A DNA stretch of 64,000 nt from Eledone cirrhosa. Its lineage: Eukaryota. The notes beneath the pieces were generated by a model, which was not told the DNA's origin, made no database searches, and saw nothing but the letters and a program-made list of their open reading frames with translations. Below, one piece after another: positions 40,690-55,619 of this stretch. How positions within the stretch are numbered: the first letter of the stretch is position 1; each line of letters begins with the position of its first letter. The position numbers and the translations under genes are program-made. The stretch spans positions 365,428,001-365,492,000 of the forward strand of contig OZ024741.1 of the NCBI GenBank assembly GCA_964016885.1, read 5' to 3'.

Positions 40690-40998
40690 CATACATATGT
40701 GTGTGTATGTGCGTGTGTGTGTGTGTATATGTAGATAGATAGAACGATATAGACATATTGTGTGTGTGTGTGTGTGTGCAAATATCAATAAATGTCTCTT
40801 TCACACACACACACAGACGCACACAGACACAGACACACACACCCACACACACACGCACACACACGTACATACACACACACCTACACACCTACACACCTAC
40901 ACACACACACACACACACACACAGACGCACACAGACACAGACACACACACCCACACACACACGCGCACACACACGTACACACACACACACCTACACAC

Positions 40999-41034
<36 letters not shown>

Positions 41035-41108
41035 TCACACAGACACAGACACACACACCCACACACACACACGCACACACACGTACACACACCTACACAC
41101 CTACACCT

Positions 41109-41151
<43 letters not shown>

Positions 41152-41921
41152 CATATACTTACATTAAATACTTGACGATCTTGCCATTATGCGCAATGCG
41201 TAAATCTCCTGAGACACTGCGATGTGATAACACGAATACGATCAGACATATATATATATATATATATACACACAGATGCGCATTTTACACACACATTAAA
41301 AACTCACACCTACACACATCATTACGGAACACTCATAATTACACGTGTTGAGAAAGACAAACACTTATGCTGACTTATATGGACATATATATATGTTCGT
41401 AATATAGCCTATTAATATTATTTGTCTTTTTTACCCGGTAGAATCAGCCAAAAACCTGACAGTTTATAGGAAATATAAAGTGCCTTGTAATGGACGCCAT
41501 ACTACGTAGTATCTAGCTTTATACCCAAGATTGCACATCGTTGATTTATATGTTATAGTTTTACACTTGAGAGTAACATATTATGGTCTGTGCAAGGGAA
41601 AGTCTATAATGATATGAATCTATTAGCAATGTCAGTATTGTTATTGAACCGCAGGACTGTAATAAACATACATAAGATAACCAACTTCGTTCAAACCATA
41701 TCCATCCATCTCAACATGTATTAAAGTGTATATAAGGCACGTATGATTTCTTTAAATAGGGTAGGGTACCATTTCAGGTAAAGAAAACTGTTATTTCTTG
41801 TATTTCACGTAATCAACTAGGTAAAACATGGTGCTAACGATACGTATTTTATAACAATAGTATGTATTTCACCTTTGTTAAGATTCAGGAATCTGGTATA
41901 TATATATATATATATATATAT

Positions 41922-42265
41922 AAGGGTAAAGAGCCCTTCGGTCACAAATGACCATGCGATTTGCACCTAGAAAGTTTTCCTCCGAGGCACAAGTCCAGGC
42001 AAGGTTGTTTTGTGGAAGACCAATAGTCGCCCATGCATACAAGTCTCCCCTCTCCACGCCACCGATGAGGTCCAAGGGAAAGGCAATGGCCGATACAGCT
42101 TGGCACCAGTAACATCGCAACTCCTTTCTACAGCTGAGTAAACTGGAGCAACGTGAAAAATAAAGTGTCTTGCTCAAGGACACAGCCCATCATCCGGTCC
42201 GAGAATCGAACTCACAACCTTCCGATTGCAATCCAATTTTCTAACCACTGGGACATGCGCCTTCA
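41922..42265 (-). mobile_element. Second tRNA-derived SINE (CORE-like domain), family B; decayed copies near 11140-11225 and 63360-63450
   Basis: The reverse strand has a tRNA-like head (cagtggttag..gagttcgattc) followed by gtgtccttgagcaagacacttt. Confidence 0.75.
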
Positions 42266-43267
<1,002 letters not shown>

Positions 43268-44630
43268 TGTTATATTTGGGGAGGGTCATATTTGCGTAAT
43301 ATTGCCAGAATTAATAACAGAACACACTCACTGTTTGGTTGGTTTTCGCTTCTCGCTGTCTTTTATATATATATATCTGCGATCTAACTTACTCGGTCCT
43401 CAATGTTGCCATTGACTGACCGGCGGTCAAAAATAATACAGATACAATATAGACACAAACACATATATATAGTTTACATAATTTACATAAATCTTTCGTT
43501 GCACATCTGCAACATCGTCAGTGGTGTTATATTCATTGTTCCTCCTGTTGTGTTGTATGTCTACGCCATTTTTTTTGTTCAGTCTGTCTATATATTTATT
43601 TATTTATTTGCTTGTTTGTTTATCTTATTTTATTTTGTCTTCTTTGCGCATGCGTTTGCGTGTGTGTATAGTGTTATGTGTGATGTGTGACTAGTGTGTA
43701 TAGTGTTGTGTCTGCTGGGTGACTAGTGTGTGTTTATGTGCTTGTGTATGTATTTATTTATCTTATTTTATTTTATTTTATTTACTTATTTATACTTCTC
43801 TTAGGTCAGTGTTGTTTGTTTGGGTGCTGTTGTTGTTCCACTCATTCTTTCTGTTTAGCTTTGGTCTTCTAATTTCTATTTCACTGGCCTCTCTGATTTG
43901 CCTATCTGCTGGGTCATTCCTATGTTTAGATATTATTCTAATTTCTATGTTGTCTATGTTACCGTCATGTTGTTGTCTAGCATGTTCGTATAGTACTGAC
44001 CCGTTTTTTCGTCCTTATAGTTCCCCCCAGTGTTGGTCTATCCTTTCACCTATGCTACGAGCTGTCTCACCTATGTATGTTGTTGTCATGTTTCTGCAAG
44101 TACCCTCTGTACATCTTATGCTATAGACTACGTTTCTAGTTTTACAGTTTATCCGGGGGTTCACCTTACATATGATACATTTCCTATTGGTACAGTGGGT
44201 TTTCTTAAAAGGGTAGGTTTTGCTGATCAGGGATTTTATGGTGTTTCCTGGCTTTTCTACCACCTTTATTTTTAAGTGGGTCTTTCTCAGGGCCTTTCTA
44301 CACTAGTTAGCTAATTTCCCTCCAGGGGTGGCGTCCACAAACATGACACTCTGATATCTCTGGTTGTCGTACCATGATGTGACCTTCCCTATCTTATGTC
44401 TAGCCCTATCTAAGCTATTCCATGATTTGCTCCTGTATAGTGGGCAAATTCCTTTCATGTCCAGTTCTATGAGGGTCTTATACTTTTCCATGGCTCCTTC
44501 GTATACTCTGACTCTGTCTCTTTGGTTGTAGCCAGAGAACTGCATGCGGTTGATGAAGTGTTGGATGTGTCCTTCCATTTCTGTTGGGTCGCACATGCTG
44601 GACACATTCTTCATCACTCGTACCAAATCT
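43268..44630 (-). mobile_element. PLE fragment (RT C-terminus + GIY-YIG) with 3' UTR and degenerate HHR at ~43487-43524
   Basis: RMQFSGY, SVMFVDATPGGKLA, VEKPG..IKS, CKTRNVVYSIRC..TYIGETARSIGERIDQH. Reverse complement reads cca CTGACGA t GTTGCA-gatg-TGCAAC GAAA. UTR homolog at 30850-31120. Confidence 0.8.
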
Positions 44631-44681
44631 GCCTCTGTGATTTGTCTAAACATTGCGTCTTTTCTGTGTGTAGATTCTATG

Positions 44682-45180
44682 TAGACGCAATGTTTAGACA
44701 AATCACAGAGGCAATAAACATAAAAGAATTACAACCAAAATTAAATAGAAAATATGAGTGGAACCGCAACATAACAACTTACAATTAAGGACAAAATGAA
44801 AACACACACACACATAGAACAAACAACCAACCGGTAACATGTAAATAAACAAATAAATAAACAATTATAAACACACACAGACACCCGGATGTGGTGCATG
44901 CGCAGACTGAGCACACAACACACACACAGAAACAAAATGGCGTAGGACAGAAAAAAGGAGAGGCACAAAAACAAAGAAAAGAATCACCAGTCACTGAAGA
45001 GGTCACATAATGTGTGACGAAAGAACTTTGACAATATATAAACAACTATCTGGTTGTGGAACCAACCAACCAACCAGAAATTTATAAATTCATAAATTTA
45101 TAAATTTATTATAATAAATTGAAGTGAAAGCAACTGGTGCGTGTGTTTCTTATTGGCAACATGACCCTCCCAAAGTATAA
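44682..45180 (+). mobile_element. Oppositely oriented PLE 3' end (GIY-YIG tail DAMFRQITEAINI..LNRKYEW + UTR) with HHR at 44990-45032
   Basis: gtca CTGAAGA g GTCACAT-aat-GTGTGAC GAAA-G-aa-CTT tgac. Junction IR at 44629-44660 / 44682-44713. Confidence 0.75.
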
Positions 45181-45245
45181 CAATATCGGTTTCAACACAC
45201 GATTTCAGATAAATAATCTTGCTAAACAAATCAGAAACGAAATAT

Positions 45246-45435
<190 letters not shown>

Positions 45436-45610
45436 GTGTGTGTGTGTATATATATATATAGTAATAATAATAAATTTGAAGACTAAAATCCAAAGAGCTC
45501 GATATCAAATATATAAGATCCCTGAAGCAAATATTTATTAAAATAACAGATTAAAGTTTAAGCAAAGAATTACTGCTTTCACCCTTAACGGGATCTTCTG
45601 CGATTCTGTG

Positions 45611-45980
45611 ACAGTATCGGTAGAGGGTCGGACGCCTTGCTTTGCAGCAAAGAGTTACGGCCCTTTATGGTATGAGTTCAAATCCCGCCGAGGTTAACTT
45701 TGCCTTTTATCCTTACGGGGTCGATAAAATAGTACCAGTAATACACTGGGAAAATTGCTGGCCTTGTCCCAAAAGTAGAAACAATTAATAATATATAATA
45801 TAATTGTTTCTACTTTAGGCACAGGGCCAGCAATTACCCAGTACATTACTGGTACTTTATTTTATCGACCCCGTAAGGATGAAAGGCAAATTTAACCTCG
45901 GCGGGACTTGAACTCAGACTGTAAAGGGACGTAACTATGCTAGAAAGCATGGCGTCCAACCCTCTACCGATACTCCCAAT
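45611..45980. mobile_element. Two SINE A copies tail-to-tail (45611-45787 +, 45801-45980 -)
   Basis: Family motifs on opposite strands separated by ~13 AT bases. Confidence 0.9.
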
Positions 45981-48348
45981 TCATCATAATATAATGAAGA
46001 AAAATGAGGGACTATAGGGATCAATAAGAAAGTAAAATTGTTACAACGGAAGTACCCTTGGATCAAATTAATTTTCGTTTTGGAAAATAACCGGGAAAAT
46101 AGGTAAATATTTACACCCTAAAGCAATATTAAGTGATAGAAAGAGAAATGCAACAGAAAAGGTGACAGGTGGAAATATAGGTGGTATGTTCTGGCTTAGG
46201 GAGGCATGTGTGTCAAACTTGTCTTGAATATGGAGGATATTTATAAAAGCAAACTAAAGTGATAATTTGAGAAGAATGGGTGAAAATATTGTAATAAGTT
46301 GTAGGGTACGTTATCTTATATGTTATTTCTAAGGTTGATTTTGTAATTTTAATTGTTCAGGCTGGGGTTCAGTGTTTTGACGAAGAGAGTAACTTTTTTA
46401 TCACGTGGCAAATAGCTCCAGAAAATCTCATTTTGGCTTTGAGGTGTTCAATGGAAGATTTTAATACCTAGAATATTTTTCTTTCCTCCTTGGTCAAAGG
46501 CAATAATTCTTCGATCCGTGGATATATGGAATGGGCTTTTATTTCATTTGTCCTTTTTAGTTTCTATTTATGTTACGCTAAATCATTCCCTGTTTTCATT
46601 TCAGTGCTTGAAGCTCAACAACATGCGTGTAAAATCTTTGCTCAAAACTGTCTCATACTATCCCAATATCTCCATATATATTTTACCATCCTCTCCTTCG
46701 TTGGTATTTAAAACACAACTTTGCAAAGTTTCTTAAGGATAAATATAGTGGAAGGCTTTTTCGATAAATGTATACATATAGAACAATTATTACTGTATTG
46801 TAGATCCAACGGAATTTTCATGTGTTTAGTTATCAAAATAGTTACATATCTCTATTTTCTGCTGAGTTGTATGTAAGAAGCGGCATTATCTTTCATTTGG
46901 GGATTATCCATAATTGCATTAGAGTACGGAAAAGTTAAGCCTGTGAAGTTCATGATATTTCCCAATGCTATTAATGATATATGAGAGAAACATAAGAAAC
47001 AAAAGCCACAGTTTATAATTAAAAAAAATGAAGAAAAATATTATTACGTCATATTAAGGGTTAAATATGTAATCCACATGCGAACTCTTAAAATATTTAA
47101 TCATATTTCTTGTTAAATAAACCAGTCATAAATGACAAAATTTTAAATTTTTCACTCACTATTGCTAAGTTTCACTCTGTTGGAGAATGAAAGACAGAAT
47201 GAAATGAAAGGTGATAAATATTAGGAAGTCTAAAGCAGAAATAGAAATATGAAATTCTTATCGTGCATAAAATAATGCTTTACATAAAAATGAGACTATG
47301 GGATACCGATACGTTTCAACAATATTGTTCTCTACTGCGGTGCTTAGCAACGCAGGCGTAGTTACAACACTGACTCCGGAGTAGCCATTCCAAAAATTCC
47401 TTCCTCTCCAGTTCAAAATGCACTACCAATCTGTACGTAGTGGATTTTGCTACAAACTCAGGATATTCAAAGTTATTATAAGAAACATACACTGACATCC
47501 TCGTGTCTCACACATATATTTTCGTCCTCTTACTTTATATGTCCATTCAATATTGCCTTCTCAGGTCAAGGTCAGCTAAACAAGCAGATCTTACTTTAAT
47601 ATGGCATGGGAATAAAATCCAGCACCTTAGTCATTCATATCATACAGCAATCTAGATATCAGCTTTCTTTCATATACACTTTGTGATGTCTTATCTCAGA
47701 CTCCTTTAAGAAAAGAAGGTGAAAATTGATGATACTCATTTCGCCGAGTCTCGGTTATTAATTGTTTGTTTCCCGTAGCAAGTCTACGCTAAACATCGGT
47801 TATACCACAAAGTACATTCTGAAAGTGATGATCTGCATGGTGTCAGAACATGTCCTACCGATTAAAATCAGCGCCTCGATAACGATGAGAAGTTTAATTT
47901 TAACCCTTCTCTACATTGGCCGTAGATAGAAGCACATCATATACCACTCTCGGGAGGGATCGCCACGGTATTGGTTTCATTTTCGATAACACGTTCTATG
48001 ATGGCTTCTTTTACTTAGCTGCGGTTCTATATATGATATAATATATGATTTATGTTTTCTTATATAATGTAAATGTAAATTGCAACAACACGTTATTATA
48101 ACGTACAGATAAATTCTTTTGCTAAAGTTTTTTAGTGTGTTCAATAATAAAAGAGTTATATATATATATAATAAATGTATATATATATTATATATATATA
48201 TATATATATATGGCTTGAGGGAAATATAGGAAGATTTTATAAATTCATATAATGCAAGAGGATAATGGAGAGATTTCTGAACAGAAATAAAACATCACAA
48301 TCGAAAGAGTTTCCTCAAAAACGTATATCCTGAAAGAAATAATGCAAA

Positions 48349-48400
<52 letters not shown>

Positions 48401-48412
48401 TATATTATATTA

Positions 48413-48476
<64 letters not shown>

Positions 48477-48763
48477 CATACATACATACACATATGTACT
48501 TGTTCCAGCTTCAGTTTTTTTTTCTAGCTTTCAAATGGTTTTACACCTTACACCTTTACAACTTACATGTGAATATTAATACTCCAGAGGCCAAACACAA
48601 ATACACGTGCGCACTAATAAGGCTCTCAATTACATTACTATTACGCCTTACTTAGCTAAGATCATGATGACAGTTTGTTACTTTGAGAATGGCTGTCGAC
48701 GAGTAATATATCAGTTTGTGCAAAAATACTTATAGATAAATTTATATATATATATATATATAT

Positions 48764-48856
48764 GTATAATATATATATGCAGGGTATTGAAATGATATAT
48801 GTATGCCCACAAACACAAACATACACCCCCCCACACACACACACTTACACGCACGC

Positions 48857-48950
<94 letters not shown>

Positions 48951-49573
48951 GAGAGTATTGAAGTTTGCTTGAAGCATTGTGGAATAATAAGATATATTTT
49001 CTTTAGGACGTTTTGGAAGCCTCAACAATGCAGATGGATAATTCCCCGGGTAACAAGATCCGGTGGTGAAGAGGGAGATGTAAGTGAATGTAGAATGAGA
49101 TGTATAGTGTGTAGAAGGTTGTAGGAAAGAGCGTAAAAAATAAAAATAATAACACGAGATAGAGTTACCTTGGGAGGATTTAATTGTCTCTATATATTTC
49201 GGATTCACATCCATCAACTGGGGTTTTTTCCGGGGGGGGGGGGGGATTTCATCTGTCGGAAAGGTGCGAAATGTGTCCTCCGCTGTTCGTTGTTTTGCAT
49301 ACCCAGTTGATGGATGTGAATCCGAAATATATAGGGACAATTAAATCCTCCCAAGGTAACTCTATCTCGTGGTATTATTTTTATTTTTTACGCTCTTTCC
49401 TACAACTTTCTACACACTATACATCTCATTCTACATTCACTTACATCTCTCTCTTCACCACCGGATCTTGTTTCCCGGGGAATTATCCATCTGCATTGTT
49501 GAGGCTTCCAAAACGACCTAAAGAAAATATATCTTATTATTCCACAATGCTTCAAGCAAACTTCAATACTCTC

Positions 49574-49624
<51 letters not shown>

Positions 49625-49731
49625 GGGTGGGGGGTGCGCGTGTGCGTGTGAGTGTGTGTGAGGGGGGGATGTATGTTTGTGTTTGTGGGCATACATATAT
49701 CATTTCAATACCCTGCTTATATATATTATAC
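48764..49731. repeat. Large inverted duplication (~430-460-bp arms, 79-bp spacer)
   Basis: 48764-49222 is the reverse complement of 49302-49731, including the flanking microsatellites. Confidence 0.92.
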
Positions 49732-49795
49732 ACGAGGAAACCGATACAGTTAGACATATGCATAGACATATTATCAGTTACCCGTAAATACATTC

Positions 49796-51433
49796 ATGGT
49801 GGCTACCAACTCGTTTTCGAGTACGGCCAGTACATTATATCCATGTAGGAGAACCCCTACCGATGCGCTGAACGAGTGTGACTTTTTAGTCCAGCCACCG
49901 ACTTGAAAACTCTGGTACAAACACTACACTTGTGACAATTATTGACACATAGTGCTGGGCCCATGGTACCATGTGACGACAAGTGCAGAGAGATCTCCAG
50001 ATATAAAGCAATGCCTGTGCCGTGAAGCTTTTATAGTGAGCAAAGGCACTGCACAAAGCCAGTCCCACTCTCTTAACCAAGATAATATTTACCAAAAAGA
50101 CGAACAAGTCAACATCATTGGATACCATCAGGGTTGCAGGTGTTATATCAGAGTTTTCCTTCTCCTAGAATTCTGCCTTGACAAAGGCTAAGGGGTCATC
50201 TCACCCGGACATACATTCATAGACATATACATACATACGTACGTACACACACACATACATACACATACATACATACATACATACATACATACATACATAC
50301 ATACATGGTGGCTGCCAACTCGTTTTCGAGTACGGCCATTACTTTATATCCATGTAGGAGAACCCCTACCGATGCGCTGAACGAGTGTGACTTTTTAGTC
50401 CAGCCAGCGACTTGAAAACTCTGGTACAAACACTACACTTGTGACAATTATTGACACATAGTGCTGGGCCCATGGTACCATGTGACGACAAGTGCAGAGA
50501 GATCTCCAGATATAAAGCAATGCCTGTGCCGTGAAGCTTTTATAGTGAGCAAAGGCACTGCACAAAGCCAGTCCCACTCTCTTAACCAAGATAATATTTA
50601 CCAAAAAGAAGAACAAGTCAACATCATTGGATACCATCAGGGTTGCAGGTGTTATATCAGAGTTTTCCTTCTCCTAGAATTCTGCCTTGACAAAGGCTAA
50701 GGGGTCATTTCTCCCAGTGATTTTGGATGGCCATTGACTCTAAAGAGCTCCTTTGCCCTTTGAGAGGTTTTGTTTTTAGTCCTGCAGGATGTCCAAAGTC
50801 ACCCTCCTCGCCAAGAAACCTTGGTGGGGTTGCCAGTTTAGTCGCCAACGACCCGACCATGGGACAGGTTGTACTGGGATACATGTTACCAGTAGCACCA
50901 ACTGGTGACCTGACACATATATATACATACATACATATATACATACATACATATATATATATATACATACATATATATATACATGGTGGCTGCCAACTCG
51001 TTTTCGAGTACGGCCACTACTTTATATCCATGTAGGAGAACCCTGTGCTGTGAAGCTTTTATAGTGAGCAAAGGCACTGCACAAAGCCAGTCCCACTCTC
51101 TTAACTAAGATGATATTTACCAAAAAGAAGAACAAGTCAACATCATTGGAAACCATCAGGGTTGCAGGTGTTATATCAGAGTTTTCCTTCTCCTAAAATT
51201 CTGCCTTGACAAAAGCTAAGGGGTCATCTCTCCCGGTGATTTTGGATGGCCATTGACTCTTAAGAGCTCCTTTGCCCTTTGACAGGTTTTGTTTTTAGTC
51301 CTGCAGGATGTCCAAAGTTACCCTCCTCACCAAGAAACCTTGGTGGGGTTGCCAGTTTAGTCGCCAGCGACCCGACCATGGGACAGGTTGTACTGGGATA
51401 CATGTTACCAGTAGCACCAACTGGTGACCTGAC
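49796..51433. repeat. Three tandem variant copies (49796-50210, 50304-50915, 50982-51433) of a repeat bounded by (CATA)n; related pieces at ~13955-14100 and ~32690-32975
   Basis: Each unit starts catggtggct.ccaactcgttttcgagtacggcca and they share near-identical blocks. Confidence 0.9.
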
Positions 51434-51478
51434 AACATACATACATACATACATACATACATACATACATACATACAT

Positions 51479-52336
51479 GCATTTTGACCAATTTACAGAA
51501 AAAGGTGTGCATGGATACTTGAGACCTAAAACACAGACCATAGAGGGGATAAACCACTCAAAAAGCCTGGCATGGAGTTCCGACAAGTTTATGACATCAC
51601 TCCTTGAGGGATATCTCTATGCAATACGGGAACAAGAACTCCCTACCAAATATCTGCTGCACAAAAGGGGAGGGCCATCAGCTGACAATAAATGTAGGCT
51701 ATGTAAAACAAAGATCGAAGATGTAAGCTACATTGTTGCCAGCTGCGAAAGAATGACATCTCGCTACTACCTCCCCATGAGACACGATGGGATAGCTAGA
51801 ACCATCTGGAACGCACTTCGGAAAACAAAATTAACAACAAACGAGGAAGAATATATTGAGACAGATGGCACTAAGGAATACTGGTGGAACCTGAAAATAA
51901 AACCTGAAAATAAAACCGGCCCGATATTGTTGTTTGGGACCACACATTGAAAACGTGTTCTGTTGTGGAGATCAGCTGCCCACTTGATGTAAACGTTGTC
52001 AGAAACATACAGGAGAAGGAGGACATCTACGGGCCATTGAGTGGGAGTTTACAAATCCAGTATCCAAGATACACCTTTAGCTTCATACCCATCATTATTG
52101 GAGCTACGGGTTATATACCAACCCGCTTGGACCGAAGTATGACTGAACTTGGATTTGCGGACAAAGAGCGCAGCTCCTTAATTCATAGTCTACAAGTGAC
52201 TGCGATAGCTGGCACATTCAAAATTTGCAAACCATTCTTGCGATTCAAGGGATGACAATTTCTTTTCTTTTACAACCTTGCCACCAGGAAGGTGGCCGGT
52301 CCAAAAAATATATTCGAAATTAAGAGAAAGAGATAA
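51479..52336 (+). mobile_element. 5'-truncated R4/Dong-like non-LTR retrotransposon (Zn knuckle + restriction-like endonuclease) in (ACAT)n
   Basis: AIREQELPT, CRLCK...EDVSYIVASC, YLPMRHD, (frameshift) NRPDIVVWD...CSVVEISCP, K...Y..L, IPIIIGATG. (ACAT)n lies on both sides. Confidence 0.82.
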
Positions 52337-52553
52337 CATACATACATACAAACATACATACAAGCATGCATACATACATACTTACATACATGAATGCATA
52401 TATACATACATGCCTACATACATGCATACATACTTACATACATACATGCATGCATACATACGTACATACACACACATACAGACACACATACATACATGCA
52501 TACATACATTTTGCTGCGAATGTGAATGTTCTTAGTTTTCTAACCATTAGTCA

Positions 52554-52676
52554 TAATTGTTTCTACTTTTGGCACAAGGCCACCAATTTCCCCAGTGCAT
52601 TACTGGTACTTTATTTTATCGACCCCCGCAAGGATGAAAGGCAAAGTTAATCTCAACGGGATTTGAACTCAGACCG
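52554..52676 (-). mobile_element. SINE A copy (another, + strand, at ~52840-53035)
   Basis: Family motifs. Confidence 0.8.
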
Positions 52677-53153
52677 TGATAATGAAATATTATATATGTG
52701 AGACAGACACACATTTGTAAAAGCAATGTCCAGATATTTGGACGATCCTGCCGACATGAAAATATTTTTGTTATTTTTATTTTGTTTTTAGGTAGGGACT
52801 ATTTTACAGGTCCTGGTAAAATAAACCATCGGGCTATTTTGCCAGTAAGAGTGTCTGACACCATGCTTTTGCACATAGAGTTATGGTCTGAGTTCAAATC
52901 GCACGGAGAATAGTTTTGCCTTTCAGCCTTACGGGATCGATAAAATAAAGCACCAGTAATACACTCGGGTCGATTTAATTGAGTTTCTCTTCTTCCAAAA
53001 TTGTTGGCCTTGTGCCTAAGTCATAAACCATTATTATGAGGGCATAAACCATTATTATGAAGGCATAAACCATTATTATAATGTCAAAAATTACAACACA
53101 GAGATTTAACAGAGAAGTATATTTATTTTCACCATTAATTATTAAGACAATTT

Positions 53154-53208
53154 AAACCCTAAACCTAACCCTAACCCTAACCTAAACCCAAACCCAAGCC
53201 CAAACCCT
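53154..53208. repeat. Degenerate interstitial (CCCTAA)n-like tract
   Basis: aaaccctaaacctaaccctaaccctaacctaaacccaaaccc. Confidence 0.7.
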
Positions 53209-54216
53209 CAACTAACTCTATTTATATTTACCGATGACCGGTAAAATAATCTTAAAAAGCATGTTTTCCTATTTTACCGGGACCGGTCAAGTAGCCTATT
53301 CGTTGTATTTGATATCTCTCCGCTTGGCAGTGTGTCTCATTGGCAGAATTGTTAGTCATGTATCATTTCTATTTAGGCTGTTTATGTTTCATGTTCAAAT
53401 CTCGCCAATGTCAATTTACCATTCACCCTATATGAGATGATTCAGGCGACCTTCCCCAACAATTAAACTTTAATGTATGTTAGAAATCATTGTCTATTCG
53501 CTTGTAAACTTGGAAATCTTGTGGGAAGCAAACGCCATCGTTCTCCGCCGTGATGGAAGGCATTTCCTGTCAGAATTCAGTGTGAGGTCAATCAAGGTTT
53601 CTTTCTTGGCGCCATCAATGCACTTTTGGATCTCAAACCAAGCTACCTATTATTTAAACCATCCAACGTAAACGTATATACATACATGCATGTGTGTGTG
53701 TGTGTGTGTGTATGTAGATGTGTGTCTATGTGTCTGCCCAGTCCTTGAAATGGTACTGTATTTATTAAGAACAAAATGATTAAAGACAAAATTGATTGCG
53801 ACGAAATTTGAACTCAGAGTGCAGTAGGTCGGAAGATATACTGAGGCATCTAATCCTATGCCATTCAGGATAAAATAAGCCATTACCAATAGTGAATTAT
53901 ATTTCGTGATTTTGTTCCATAAAAAGTAAAAAGAGTAAGAATTATGTGTATTCTTAGCAGAATTCCTATGGATAGAAATTATGAAATATTAGCAATTATT
54001 TTCCAACAATAGTAGTTCGGAAAATAAAATCAATTTTTAGAGGCGTTTTGCAAATGAAACAATATGTATGGAAAAGAAAAGAAAATGTTTATATTGAAAT
54101 ATAATATTATGTATTCTTAGTTTGTTTTATTCACTATTTTTGTGTACTTTAAGCAAATACATGCATTTGTTGTTTAAATTTATGTATATATATATATGCA
54201 CAACACACATATATAT

Positions 54217-54254
<38 letters not shown>

Positions 54255-54350
54255 ATGTAAGTGTGCGTATGTGTATATGTATGCCTAAATGTATGTCTGT
54301 ATCTGTATATATTTATATATACATACTACATACATGCATACATCCATAGA

Positions 54351-54409
<59 letters not shown>

Positions 54410-54541
54410 GTGAGGTTTTTTTTACAAAATGAAAAATAACCGAGGTGTCCTACACGAGTGGAAGTATAAAGAAAAAGGGATGAAATCGAAAATGCAACTG
54501 AAGTCTTACTTTTTAAAAAAAATATATATATTTATTTGGTT

Positions 54542-54579
54542 CCTTTACCGGTTTCGCAGTTCTTCTGCTTTTCAAAAGG
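54542..54579 (-). ncRNA. Hammerhead ribozyme with U3-A8 core at the PLE 3' end
   Basis: Reverse complement reads CCTT TTGAAAA GCAGaagaaCTGC GAAACcgGTA AAGG, in the same sense as the PLE ORF. Confidence 0.75.
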
Positions 54580-55376
54580 TGAGTTGAGATGGAGAGTCTG
54601 TGGTTTTTCTCACATCTGGTTGGTCTCTAAATATTACTTGTTTTATATGGAAAAACTGGCTCGAAAACCAGGTTTTTCGAGAAGTAATTTGATTGGTTTG
54701 TCAATAATTATAATAAATTTCGCGCCAGTTCGCGTTACAATAGTTCTTCAAATAAGAGAGGGGGGGGCTTGTCACAGGTTGTTTTTTCATATATGAGTGT
54801 TTGAATTTCTTTTTACTTGAAAAAATGAGGCTCACGAAGACTTTTTTTTGGTTGGTTATAAATGAAATTTGGCTGTCACGTGAACAAGTTTTCATTACAT
54901 TTTTGAGCCCTTATTTGGAAAACTATTCTGTAGTCTATAGTGAATGTTATGGCAATGGAGAGATAGTGGTCAAGGGAAAAGGGATTGGGAGAAATGTTCT
55001 GGTTCAGTGAATATGGCCAGCTGTCAGAGTTCAGGTGTCAGAGTTCAGATTTTCTATTGAGACTGAAGATATGTGTTTATTTGTGTGCTTGTGTGTGTGT
55101 ATATGTGTGTGTGTGTGTATGTGTGTATTGGAAGATGATTCTATTAGTAGACATGGGGGAGGGAGTTGTGTGTGTGTGTATATGGGTGTTATGTGCGTGT
55201 GTGCGAGTATGTTAGATAGAGAGAATATATATTTTTTGTGTGTGTGTATATATATATGTGTGTAGGAAAGTGGTTCTATTAGTAGAAATGGGGAGGGTGT
55301 TGTAGGTGTGGGGGTTTTTATGTGTGTGTATGGGTGTTATGTGTGTGGGAGTATGGTTAGCATGTTAAGATGAAGA

Positions 55377-55415
<39 letters not shown>

Positions 55416-55619
55416 GTGTGTGTATGTGTGTGTGTAGGAAAATGATTCCTTTAGTAGGAATATTTTTGAATGAACATATTTTCCTGACTTTTTCGTGTTT
55501 GCTGTTGTATTGCCAGTGCAAACGTATGTTTAAGGTTTATTTAGTTCGGGTTTTTATTTTCTAAAGTAGGTGTTATGTGTGTGTGTGTATGTCATATTGT
55601 GGTGTTGACATAATGTATA

